In this document: piece after piece, positions 8,495 to 17,350 of the stretch
Layout of the letters: each line of letters opens with the position of its first letter
How positions within the stretch are numbered: the first letter of the stretch is position 1
Virus record (IMG/VR): IMGVR_UViG_3300005662_000226
Coordinates: 1 to 24,722 of that record
DNA: 24,722 nucleotides
Strand: one strand, 5' to 3'
Source: a virus
Taxonomy: Duplodnaviria > Caudoviricetes
Program-made: the position numbers and the translations under genes
Notes under the pieces: generated by a model
What the model saw: the letters and a program-made list of their open reading frames with translations, nothing else
What the model was told of the DNA's origin: nothing
Databases searched by the model: none

Positions 8495-8956
8495 TTATGC
8501 TACCTGTAAGTTTTCTTCTTTAACGTCTGCAACTTTACCCCAAACAATTCTATTCCAGATACGTTCGTGACTGTAAAATAGGGCAACGTTTACAATAGTA
8601 GCAATACCCAAGAATGCGGCAGCACTACCCCAGCTTCCTGTCATAATAAACGGAATTAAGAAATTACTAGATGTAATTAAAACACGCCATGTAATAATCT
8701 TACTAATAGTACGCGGTTGCCCTTCAAAGAACATCAGACCATCTTTAGGCTTACGATTCCACTGCGCAAAGTTCCAGCCTCGCTCATGCGCCCAGTATAA
8801 TACTGAGTTAATTACTGCGGCAAGACCGGCAATTTGCAAGCCAGTTGCCCAACTACCAGAAACAATAAAACCATTCACAATGTGACTGATTGTTAGTAGA
8901 ACACGCCAAGAAATTACTTTAGCTATTGTTCTTGGATGATTTTCAATAAATTTCAT
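8495..8956 (-). CDS. Membrane protein with two tandem DUF2061-like domains
   Basis: Two copies of E-x-x-PRTI-x-K-x-I-[ST]WRVL...GSW...L[YF]-x-x-HER-x-WN with hydrophobic hairpins. Confidence 0.82.
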   Translation of the reverse strand: MKFIENHPRTIAKVISWRVLLTISHIVNGFIVSGSWATGLQIAGLAAVINSVLYWAHERGWNFAQWNRKPKDGLMFFEGQPRTISKIITWRVLITSSNFLIPFIMTGSWGSAAAFLGIATIVNVALFYSHERIWNRIVWGKVADVKEENLQVA

Positions 8957-8967
8957 ATAAGTTCCTT

Positions 8968-9810
8968 TTAAATTATTCTTTCTAAACTGTATTTGTTCAT
9001 AAGATGTACATCAAGATTTGATGTTTTAACAACAATGTATTCACCTGGAAAACTTTCTTTTTCAATTAATATTTGACACTCGTGGTTATTAATACTGTTA
9101 ATAATATCTTTATCAATTGCGTAGTATAACTTTCCAGGCAACGCAGATGCAAATAAACTGTCCGGATCTCCACCATTCATGATGTTAATTGCTATACTAA
9201 ATGCGTAATCATTTCTGTAGGTCATAGTTTCCACACAATAAAGCAATCTGTAATAATTCCAGTTTTCTCTAATGTGGTTAATCAATGTAAAAAATGATTC
9301 AATAACAGGAGTCTTTTTAAAATAAAATACAGTTGCCCAATAGAACGGCACCGAGTACTGGTTAATATAATCATATTTCATTCGCCATCTTGACAGATCA
9401 TAACTGTCTTTGTAGATTGCAAAGTCACTTGTATTATTCCAAATTGCTTTTAAATTGTCAGAACATAAGATAAAGTCGCTGTCAATAACTAAGGTTTCGT
9501 CGTATGGTGATAAATCATATGCGCTAGTCCTACTAAAGTTATTCCACTTTAATAGTTTTTTCTTTAGTGTGCCGTCGTGAAAACTTCTATTCTGAGTTTG
9601 AGTATTTCTGTAATCAGCTACTTTCCATATATCGATTACTTGGTCAAACACCTTGTCTGTATCTATTTCAGCAAGGTAATCAGGACTATCAGTGACAATA
9701 GAAACTGGCACATTTAGATATTTCTTTACCCGCTTGGCTGCAAACAGTGCCTGCTTAACATAATCAACTTCACTGTTATTCTGAGCAAAGATAAGACAGC
9801 CTTTAGTCAT
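8968..9810 (-). CDS. Glycosyltransferase, GT8/nucleotide-diphospho-sugar transferase-like
   Basis: GCLIFAQNN...YVKQALFAA, SPYDETLVIDSDF (DxD), YWATVFYF, RNDYAFSIA and VHLMNK. Confidence 0.75.
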   Translation of the reverse strand: MTKGCLIFAQNNSEVDYVKQALFAAKRVKKYLNVPVSIVTDSPDYLAEIDTDKVFDQVIDIWKVADYRNTQTQNRSFHDGTLKKKLLKWNNFSRTSAYDLSPYDETLVIDSDFILCSDNLKAIWNNTSDFAIYKDSYDLSRWRMKYDYINQYSVPFYWATVFYFKKTPVIESFFTLINHIRENWNYYRLLYCVETMTYRNDYAFSIAINIMNGGDPDSLFASALPGKLYYAIDKDIINSINNHECQILIEKESFPGEYIVVKTSNLDVHLMNKYSLERII

Positions 9811-10156
9811 ATTTGACTAAGTCCTCAACTTTTCTTTGCTTTTTAAGAGCAGAATATTTTGAAAAATATTGATTAGATGCTTGGAAATATTGATCAAGAA
9901 TATTGTCGTAAAACTCTTGAACATCCTTTATCTGCACAGGCATGTTATTGTCGTCAATAAGAACTACATCTTCGGTATAACCCGAATCTAATACCAATTT
10001 AACAAAAGTAATTAGATCACGACGAATGGTGAAACTAGCACCACTTTGATAGAAAATGAGTCCTTGATTAAATTCTTCTAAGGCTAATTTTCGTTGTCCT
10101 GTTAACGACGCCATAAAGTTGGCGGTTTGAAAGGCTTTTTCTAAACTTTCTGTCAT
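9803..10156 (-). CDS. Hypothetical protein, first gene of the glycosyltransferase cassette (start probably ATG 10156)
   Basis: MTESLEKAF... preceded by GTGAG; the alternative start is GTG at 10168. Overlaps the next gene by 8 nt. Confidence 0.75.
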   Translation of the reverse strand: MTESLEKAFQTANFMASLTGQRKLALEEFNQGLIFYQSGASFTIRRDLITFVKLVLDSGYTEDVVLIDDNNMPVQIKDVQEFYDNILDQYFQASNQYFSKYSALKKQRKVEDLVKYD

Positions 10157-10193
10157 AGATAATCTCACTTGAATAGCTCAAGTAATTATCTAT
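10155..10193 (-). promoter_or_regulatory. Hairpin covering the ribosome-binding region and start codon, with late-promoter-like GATAATTA in its 5' arm
   Basis: Outer stem 10155-10163 pairs with 10185-10193 (9 bp); inner stem 10167-10172 pairs with 10178-10183 (6 bp); GATAATTA on the - strand at 10183-10190. Confidence 0.62.
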
Positions 10194-10208
10194 AATTTTA
10201 GTGGGAGA

Positions 10209-11120
10209 TTAGAATCCTGACTGCGAAGCAGACGGTGCTGATACAGACACGTTAGATCCAGACGGACGGAACATTTGAATTGTACTAGTTAATGTACCAT
10301 CTACATCCTCGTCTTGTACTGGGCCTGGTGGAAATCCCGGACTTGGATTGTTTAAATCGCCCGCATCTTCGTCTTGAAATACTATTGAAAATACAACGTT
10401 GCTACCAGTTAGTCTAGCATAGATAAAATAATCATTTTCTGCATAGGCGCCAGCAGGTGCTTGTTTACGGAAAATTAATTGATCGCTGCCTGTTAGACTG
10501 TAAAATCCAATAGGATATGTAGTAGCTGTAGAACTAGGATCACCACAAACAGTAGTTGTATAATTCATAGTAATAGTGCCCATTTGGCTTAACATCAATG
10601 ACCATGTATTATTCTTTGAACCTGAGTTTCCGCCAGTTCTACTAGCACTAATTTGAAAGTTTCCGCCAGCATTAAAGAAGTGTCTTGCGGCGTCATAGCT
10701 GGCAAATGTAATAGTGCAAGTGTGAGTCAATGTACCGTTCCATGCACTAGTTCTCTGATACGGCGCTACTGCGTTTTCTAAAGTACCTTGATTACTAGCT
10801 ACTGCTAGTCTATTAGCCGTAATAGTATCAGCCATGTTATCGTACTGAGCTCGTAATGCTTCGCTAATAATACTACTAGTTGAAGCTAAAGTTAAATTAC
10901 TAGTTTCGTCAACACCAGTCTGGTGCTGTCTTGCTTTAAGTAAGTCTGTTCTAAGACTATTCCATTGAACAGCACGAATTAGATCGCCGACTGCTACTTG
11001 TCCGCTGGTAAGAGACTGACCGTAGCCGTAGTTGCCCGTGCCTGCTCCTAAAACTAATGCAATCTTTCCTTGAATTGCATTATAATCAGCTGCCCTAACT
11101 CTTGAACCTACGCCTGGCAT
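10209..11120 (-). CDS. Putative virion structural (tail/baseplate-associated) protein
   Basis: Gly/Ser/Thr-rich 303-aa ORF in the tail operon; GYGYGQ-like motif and FFNAGG; GGA Shine-Dalgarno upstream. Confidence 0.68.
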   Translation of the reverse strand: MPGVGSRVRAADYNAIQGKIALVLGAGTGNYGYGQSLTSGQVAVGDLIRAVQWNSLRTDLLKARQHQTGVDETSNLTLASTSSIISEALRAQYDNMADTITANRLAVASNQGTLENAVAPYQRTSAWNGTLTHTCTITFASYDAARHFFNAGGNFQISASRTGGNSGSKNNTWSLMLSQMGTITMNYTTTVCGDPSSTATTYPIGFYSLTGSDQLIFRKQAPAGAYAENDYFIYARLTGSNVVFSIVFQDEDAGDLNNPSPGFPPGPVQDEDVDGTLTSTIQMFRPSGSNVSVSAPSASQSGF

Positions 11121-11130
11121 AATTAATTCC

Positions 11131-12582
11131 TTATAGTATCACTGCTTCGATCAACTTGACTCCGGTGTCGTCACTTGATTCTAATGCAATACCAAAAACA
11201 TCGTTTGCGTGTGGAACTCCAGCAACTGCTGTGCCGTCGTTATATGCAACTAAGCGTTGTCCTTTTTTTATTGCGCCGGTAACTTTTACTGGAACACGAC
11301 CTTTCAACGCAATGTATGTTCCGCCTTCTAGTTCGCTATTCATCATGAACGCAGGTTGAGAACTAACTACACCAATGGCTTTATCTCCGTATTTGGATGC
11401 AGTAACTTCTGCTTCGCCGCCTACGGCAACTACAGTACCAACTTCGTATACTTGATCTGTTAAGTACTTCTCTGCCAAGTCAGCCCAACGTGCTGTTGAC
11501 GCTTCACCTTGGAACAGAGTAGCATATAAATTACCACTTCCATCCCTGGCGGCAATAGTATTTGGCGATGCTGCCGCAGACGCAGTTCTAAAAGAACCTG
11601 AAACGTCTAAGGTAGATGCTTGTGTAGCCAATCCACTGAATGTATTAGCATACATTGTTCTAAATTTAAATGCAGATGACCCTACATCGTTACCATTATC
11701 AACGCCCGGAATTAAATCATTACCTAAGATTCTTAAAGGTGTTCGTGTAACACCGGCTACAGTAGTTCTAAATATAATCTTATCGCCAACCTGGTTTTGA
11801 ATAATAGGATCTGTAGAGCTTTCAATGAACACTTTAAGTGTATTGTTGTTACCAACAGTATAACCTAAATCACTGAATCTTACTAGTGTGCTAAAATTAG
11901 CTTCACCAGAGCGAACATAGTCTGATGCTAGGAAACCACCTAATCTATCTGCATCAGTAGCAGTACCCCAGAATCTGTCATCAGTTGCTGTAACGCCAGT
12001 TGGACTATATGCTAGGGTAGTACCTTTCTTAATTGATGTAAATCCTGTAATTGGATTAATACTTGACAAGGTAAACGCATCTTTTGAGATGATAAAGACT
12101 GTTTTATCGTTAACAATCGCTTCAATAATTGCATGGCCAACGCTTTGATCGTCAAGTACACTGCGAGATAGCATCTGTGTAGTACCTGATCCTGACACGC
12201 CCTGTGGGCCAATTAGGATAAATTCAACACCGTTCCAAGCATATAGCTGATCGTTAGTTGTATCGTACCAGAAGTCACCTGTTGTTAAGCCTGTAGGAGC
12301 TGTAGCTGAAATCTCAGCACCGCCTGTAGTACGGAATTTAGTCCCATCGTAAAACTTTAATTTTCGTGTGCCGCTATCAAACCAAATTTGTCCTCTAATT
12401 GGCTTAGAGGGCTGGGTTGTATTGGCAAAATTCTCTAGTAAAAACACTAAATTCTCGTTCTGGACTTCACCATAACCAGCATAGTTTTTACCAATTAATT
12501 TAATATCTAAAGTATTGTCGATGGTACCGTCCGCAACTACTGTAACTTGCGACCCGTCGTATTTGTTTATGGTATAAGCCAT
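11131..12582 (-). CDS. Tail fibre/spike protein with shared N-terminal anchor and C-terminal intramolecular chaperone (Peptidase G2-like) domain
   Basis: N-terminal GKNYAGYGE..NEN..LLENFA..GQIWFD; C-terminal WADLAEKY...GVVSSQPAFMMN...ALKGRVPVKV. Confidence 0.78.
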   Translation of the reverse strand: MAYTINKYDGSQVTVVADGTIDNTLDIKLIGKNYAGYGEVQNENLVFLLENFANTTQPSKPIRGQIWFDSGTRKLKFYDGTKFRTTGGAEISATAPTGLTTGDFWYDTTNDQLYAWNGVEFILIGPQGVSGSGTTQMLSRSVLDDQSVGHAIIEAIVNDKTVFIISKDAFTLSSINPITGFTSIKKGTTLAYSPTGVTATDDRFWGTATDADRLGGFLASDYVRSGEANFSTLVRFSDLGYTVGNNNTLKVFIESSTDPIIQNQVGDKIIFRTTVAGVTRTPLRILGNDLIPGVDNGNDVGSSAFKFRTMYANTFSGLATQASTLDVSGSFRTASAAASPNTIAARDGSGNLYATLFQGEASTARWADLAEKYLTDQVYEVGTVVAVGGEAEVTASKYGDKAIGVVSSQPAFMMNSELEGGTYIALKGRVPVKVTGAIKKGQRLVAYNDGTAVAGVPHANDVFGIALESSDDTGVKLIEAVIL

Positions 12583-12604
12583 CTCGTTTATTCCTCGTTC
12601 CTAG

Positions 12605-12612
12605 TATTTATC
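12605..12612 (-). promoter_or_regulatory. Putative late promoter GATAAATA (T4 TATAAATA-like)
   Basis: Intergenic, about 23 nt upstream of ATG 12582, with a GAGGA Shine-Dalgarno between; identical octamer at 17323-17330. Confidence 0.6.
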
Positions 12613-12613
12613 G

Positions 12614-14539
12614 TTATAATGGTGTAGCGGCTTCGTCGCTATCCCATGTCCACACACCACCTACGACTTCAAAAACTTTAATAGATCTTGTATAAGTTAT
12701 AGTTGCAGGGCCCGTATCGAACGGATTTGTATCAATATCTTCTAAAACAGACACTTCTGATCCCGGAACTACCCCGTAAATTACTGCTTCGCCGCCTGGA
12801 CTAGAAGGTGCAGTAACTAGTGTACCTGTATCCCGTTGTCCTAGTGCAGAAGTAGTTGTTTTTACAACTCCGGGTGCTCCGCTAGTTTCAGATACTGGGA
12901 TTGACAACGCTGGAAAACTAATTTCCTGTCGTGTACAATAAACTCTGCAAACTGTTCCAGTAGGATTACTTGCAATTGGAAATACATCTGTTAAAATAGT
13001 AGCTATTTGAGTTCGTAAAGTTCCGGCTATTTGACTTAGTCCTGTGATATCTAATGAAAACGCCTTAGGCAATGCCAGTATAGCATTTTGTAAAAATCCT
13101 AAATTTACAGCATCTAGTGGATTTACAGGGTCTAATATGTTTGTTACTATAGAATTGTCAACGTCAACAACTCCTGTACCGTTGGGACTAATAACAATAT
13201 TACCATTAGTATCAGTAGAGCTAATTGCATTGTTATTCAACAATAAATTATCAACACTTAAATCTTCTAAATTACCAATACGTCTTAGACCCAGGGCCGT
13301 TGCCACTGTATTTCCCAACGTATCTGCTGATAAAACATCAATATTGTTAATCTTAAACTTTTTACCAACACCTAAACTTATATGTTCATTAAATGTCCAG
13401 TTACTATTTGTAACATCTAAACTATCTCTCACCCAAAGAATGGTATGATCAGTAGTTCCCTTGAGTATTAGGCCGCCTTCGTCGCAGTTAACATCAGTTG
13501 GTAAGTCTGTTTTTGCTAGCTCAATAGTTTTGTCTTCAACTACAATATTGTTAGTTTCTAAGGATGTTGTTGACCCTTGTACTGTAAGGTTACCCCTAAT
13601 TATAGTATCACCGTTTACATCCAATGTACTTTCAGGGGAAGGCGTAAAAATACCCACTCGCTCGGTTGTAGCTTTAATATGTACTGCTGATTTAATACCG
13701 TCTACGTTTTTAACCTTTAATACTACTTCTTGACCACTTTGTAATGGTGTAATATTAAACTGTGCATCAGTAGTTCTAATTTCTGTTGACGGGCCTGGCC
13801 CTAATGTTAACGGAACTGCATTATTAATATAGACCTGACCTTGGAATACCGTCTCCGGATCAGTTACTGACACAAAATTCTCAGGAGTTTTGACTGAACC
13901 GTCGGCGGCAATTAGCCCTCTAGCTTTGGTAATGGTACCTCTAAACTCCAGTCCAGTTAGTGAACTAGAGTTAAATCCCCTGTATATTGTCCCAGGAACT
14001 GCACCGGCAATTGGACTGGCAGGTGTAAACTGATCTTTGCTCCACATGCCCATTAATGTTTGATTAACATACATAAGTGCAACTGTATGACTAATCTGAT
14101 TAGTATCTAAAATAGATTCAATTGTTAAGCCAGTAAGTCCCTGTTGGTCAGTAAACTGAGGTCCAGATAGCGTTAGCTGTGTGCCGTCGTAGAAAAACAG
14201 TTGCTTTCTGTAACTGTCGATCCATATATCACCTTGTACTAGATTACTAGGAACTCTATTTGAAACAATAGTACCGCCCGACACTCTAAACCCGTTGCCG
14301 TCATAGGCTTTAAGTCTACCTTCGGTAGTATCGTACCACAACTGCCCTGTTATAGGATTGCTTGGCGGACTTGTGTTGGCAAATGATTCTAATATTTTTA
14401 TAAAATTTTCGTTTATAAATTCACCGTAACTGCTAGAATTCTTTCCAACCAGTGTAATATCAGTTGACGTTTGATCAATTGTACCGTCTACTACTTCAGT
14501 TAGAACGGTTCCGTCTGTTTTATTAATAATGTAGCTCAT
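12614..14539 (-). CDS. Baseplate/tail fibre protein with shared N-terminal anchor domain
   Basis: N-terminal LVGKNSSSYGE..NENF..ILESFA..GQLWYD; fibre-like VGIFTPSPESTLDVNG, GNLTVQG and DPVNPLDAVN. Confidence 0.72.
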   Translation of the reverse strand: MSYIINKTDGTVLTEVVDGTIDQTSTDITLVGKNSSSYGEFINENFIKILESFANTSPPSNPITGQLWYDTTEGRLKAYDGNGFRVSGGTIVSNRVPSNLVQGDIWIDSYRKQLFFYDGTQLTLSGPQFTDQQGLTGLTIESILDTNQISHTVALMYVNQTLMGMWSKDQFTPASPIAGAVPGTIYRGFNSSSLTGLEFRGTITKARGLIAADGSVKTPENFVSVTDPETVFQGQVYINNAVPLTLGPGPSTEIRTTDAQFNITPLQSGQEVVLKVKNVDGIKSAVHIKATTERVGIFTPSPESTLDVNGDTIIRGNLTVQGSTTSLETNNIVVEDKTIELAKTDLPTDVNCDEGGLILKGTTDHTILWVRDSLDVTNSNWTFNEHISLGVGKKFKINNIDVLSADTLGNTVATALGLRRIGNLEDLSVDNLLLNNNAISSTDTNGNIVISPNGTGVVDVDNSIVTNILDPVNPLDAVNLGFLQNAILALPKAFSLDITGLSQIAGTLRTQIATILTDVFPIASNPTGTVCRVYCTRQEISFPALSIPVSETSGAPGVVKTTTSALGQRDTGTLVTAPSSPGGEAVIYGVVPGSEVSVLEDIDTNPFDTGPATITYTRSIKVFEVVGGVWTWDSDEAATPL

Positions 14540-16692
14540 TATAGTATACCAGTATAGATAATGTAGTTGACTGTTTGATACGGATTCATAGTATTAAACG
14601 GAGTTGCAAGATCTTTAACTGGCAAGTCGTCTGTTAAAATACCACCGCTTGATCCTAGTGCCTGGGCTGATCCGTTGGCGCCTGTTGCACCTTGTGCTGG
14701 AATACCGTTATCAATTGGTGCTCCGGGAACATTACGAATTGCATAGTATTGATTACCAACACCACCACTAGGTCTAGTACCTCTAAAATCATGTTCGTGG
14801 TCTGGAATATTGTTAATAGCCAATGAACGTTGTTCATTTCCAGACGCCGCTCCTATTATGTCTGCGGTAGTGTCAGTTACTCTATCAGCAATGCCGCCAC
14901 CTGCATCAATAAGAATTGTACTATTGTCTTTACTAGGAATAGTTCTACCATTATCCATATTATCACGACCTAAGGGGAAACGTCCTCTTAAGTCTGGTAG
15001 TGCAAATGTAGAAGCACCTTGTAATAGGCTTACATCTTTAAATGCATATCCAATAACTGAAAATAGTAGTGGAAACTCTGAAATTCTAACTTCACTACCG
15101 TCACAAAGCAAATAACCAGCCGGTGCCGTTTGGCCACCAAATGGTAAAATAGATCCCGTTGGTACTGTGGCTGCAGAAGCAAACAAGGTTTGTTTACTAA
15201 TTTTACGTAGTCCTAAATTAGGTCTTAAGATCAACAACTGATCTGTTTGGAATGCTGAGCCTACTTCTTCTCTTGCGCCAATCATATCTTGGCCAATTAC
15301 TGTTTGGAACGTAGCTGTTCCGTCACCTGTTTGACCGTTAAAGTTAATTTGATTACTGGTCACATCGCCAACTAACTGAAATAGTGTCGAACTTGCTAGT
15401 CTAGCCGCTGTACCAGAAATGTTACCTGTTAGCGCACCACTAAATGTTCCACTAAAGTTTCCTACAAACGTTTCTGCATAGATGTTTCTAAAAGATTTTG
15501 TAGGACTGCCGATATCATATTTCATATGTGCCGCAGTTGAGCTAGGTGCAATAACTGGATTATCTGATCTAGGATTACCATTAGTGTCTAGATAAGTTAT
15601 AACCATCGGTGCTTCGTTTGTAATTTGCCCTTTAAGATTGCTTGTTCCGGCTACAACTAAACCGCCAGCAGTATTAATGCTTGTGGCGCCTGTTCCAGTA
15701 ACTACTAGCCCTTCATCACTTCTAATTTTACCAGAAACATCAAGACTCTCATTGGGATTGGTTTTATTAATACCAACGTTGGTAATGTTTTCAGTACTGT
15801 TGATACGAACAACAGTTTTTGGATCGCCGCTGGCTAAGGTCAGTTTAAAATCGATGACTGAATTGCTGGTCTTAGAGTACAATACTGCACTGTTAACATC
15901 AGTACCAATGTTAAAACTTAGGTCACCACCAAGGCTGACGCCGCTGTTTGAACGTACATTTAATCCGTTGTTAGTAGTACTGACCTGATCTGATCTTAAG
16001 AAACTAGTCGACGGCACAACTGCATTATTAACAACTAGTGCATCAGCTTTGCTGGCAACACCCCACATTTTCATCGGAGAAGTAGTATTCGAAACATCTA
16101 CTGAACTAATATTAAGTCCTTTACCGATAACTTCAAATCCAGTAATAGCACTCTTTGGAGCAAAACTAACATTACTAATAATGGCAATTAGGTCGCCATC
16201 TGAATATAAACTGATCACACCGTGGACGTTGTTCGAAGTATCTACTATTGTTTCAACGTTAGGACCTGTCTTTAGGCCTCCGCTAAACTGTGGGCCAATT
16301 AAAACCCAGTTAGATCCAGAGAACATATACAACTGCTGATTGTCAGTATCAACCCAAAGGTCACCTTTAATACTGTTTGATACTGTAGGAGCTACTGGAG
16401 CTTTCTTAACACTACCAGCGGCAGTCCACGTTGTTCCATCAAATACTTTTAGCTGATTAACACCTGCTGTGTTGTCAAACCATAGTTGACCTTGTACTGG
16501 ATTACTAGGAGCAGTTGACCTTGCAAAGTTTTCTAACAGATGCAAAAAGTTTTCTGCAACAAATTGAGCATACCCTGCATAGTTTTTACCAACAAAGGTT
16601 AAACTAGTTTCAGTGTTTAGTGTCTGATCTTCAACGACAATTGTGTTCTTTTGAGGATTATTTAATTCTGAAAAACGAACTTGATAGCTCAT
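14539..16692 (-). CDS. Tail fibre protein with phage tail collar domain (short-tail-fibre-like)
   Basis: Shared N-terminal anchor; collar motif VPTGSILPFGG..APAGYLLCDG...FALPDLRGRFPLG (about 14968-15165); HEH metal-site-like motif; C-terminal MNPYQTVNYII. Confidence 0.85.
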   Translation of the reverse strand: MSYQVRFSELNNPQKNTIVVEDQTLNTETSLTFVGKNYAGYAQFVAENFLHLLENFARSTAPSNPVQGQLWFDNTAGVNQLKVFDGTTWTAAGSVKKAPVAPTVSNSIKGDLWVDTDNQQLYMFSGSNWVLIGPQFSGGLKTGPNVETIVDTSNNVHGVISLYSDGDLIAIISNVSFAPKSAITGFEVIGKGLNISSVDVSNTTSPMKMWGVASKADALVVNNAVVPSTSFLRSDQVSTTNNGLNVRSNSGVSLGGDLSFNIGTDVNSAVLYSKTSNSVIDFKLTLASGDPKTVVRINSTENITNVGINKTNPNESLDVSGKIRSDEGLVVTGTGATSINTAGGLVVAGTSNLKGQITNEAPMVITYLDTNGNPRSDNPVIAPSSTAAHMKYDIGSPTKSFRNIYAETFVGNFSGTFSGALTGNISGTAARLASSTLFQLVGDVTSNQINFNGQTGDGTATFQTVIGQDMIGAREEVGSAFQTDQLLILRPNLGLRKISKQTLFASAATVPTGSILPFGGQTAPAGYLLCDGSEVRISEFPLLFSVIGYAFKDVSLLQGASTFALPDLRGRFPLGRDNMDNGRTIPSKDNSTILIDAGGGIADRVTDTTADIIGAASGNEQRSLAINNIPDHEHDFRGTRPSGGVGNQYYAIRNVPGAPIDNGIPAQGATGANGSAQALGSSGGILTDDLPVKDLATPFNTMNPYQTVNYIIYTGIL

Positions 16693-16693
16693 A

Positions 16694-17302
16694 TTATACT
16701 CCTGCTAGACCAGTTAAACTCTGTACTCGAACAGTGTAGTCAATTTGAATTAAACGATTCAACGATTTTTGCACAGGGTGAAAGATAACATGAGTTAGCA
16801 ACAGGCTGTTTCCAGATGTACTATAACTTTTTAACCCTAATTCATCAAACACAAACTCACTTTGATTGTCATTGGTATTGTCAAATGCGCTTTGACCACT
16901 AGGCTCACCGTAGTCTAGTAGACAGGTAATAAACACATCAGTATAGTTTGTACCTGTCACGTGCCGTGTTTCTATGTAATTACGTGTAGGATCGCTGTTA
17001 TTACTACTACGATCATCAACTACTTTAGCGTAAGTTTGATTATACAAGCTGGCGTTTGATCCAGAGCTATTTGGTGTCAAGTAAGTAATAATACCGGTTG
17101 GATCAACTGCTGTTCCGCCGTTACCAAATGCCATTTCGTAGATAAAACCTTGGCCGCTATTAGCAATACTCTGTGCTAGAGCAATACTGATGTTTTCATA
17201 GTGAATAGCATTTCGCTTGTCTATGAAAACATCTTTAGTAACAGGGTCATATATCTTAATATGCCCTTCAATGTGTAGTCCTGTTAAATCTTTACTTTGC
17301 AT
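16694..17302 (-). CDS. Putative baseplate/virion structural protein
   Basis: EGHIKIYD..KRNAIHYEN, MAFGNGG, FDELGL and THVIFHPVQKS..IDYTVRV; located among tail genes behind a GATAAATA motif. Confidence 0.7.
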   Translation of the reverse strand: MQSKDLTGLHIEGHIKIYDPVTKDVFIDKRNAIHYENISIALAQSIANSGQGFIYEMAFGNGGTAVDPTGIITYLTPNSSGSNASLYNQTYAKVVDDRSSNNSDPTRNYIETRHVTGTNYTDVFITCLLDYGEPSGQSAFDNTNDNQSEFVFDELGLKSYSTSGNSLLLTHVIFHPVQKSLNRLIQIDYTVRVQSLTGLAGV

Positions 17303-17322
17303 GGTAAAATCTCGTTATTCAT

Positions 17323-17330
17323 TATTTATC
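17323..17330 (-). promoter_or_regulatory. Putative late promoter GATAAATA
   Basis: Intergenic, about 21 nt upstream of ATG 17302; identical to 12605-12612. Confidence 0.6.
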
Positions 17331-17350
17331 AATAGCTATAATATGCTAGT

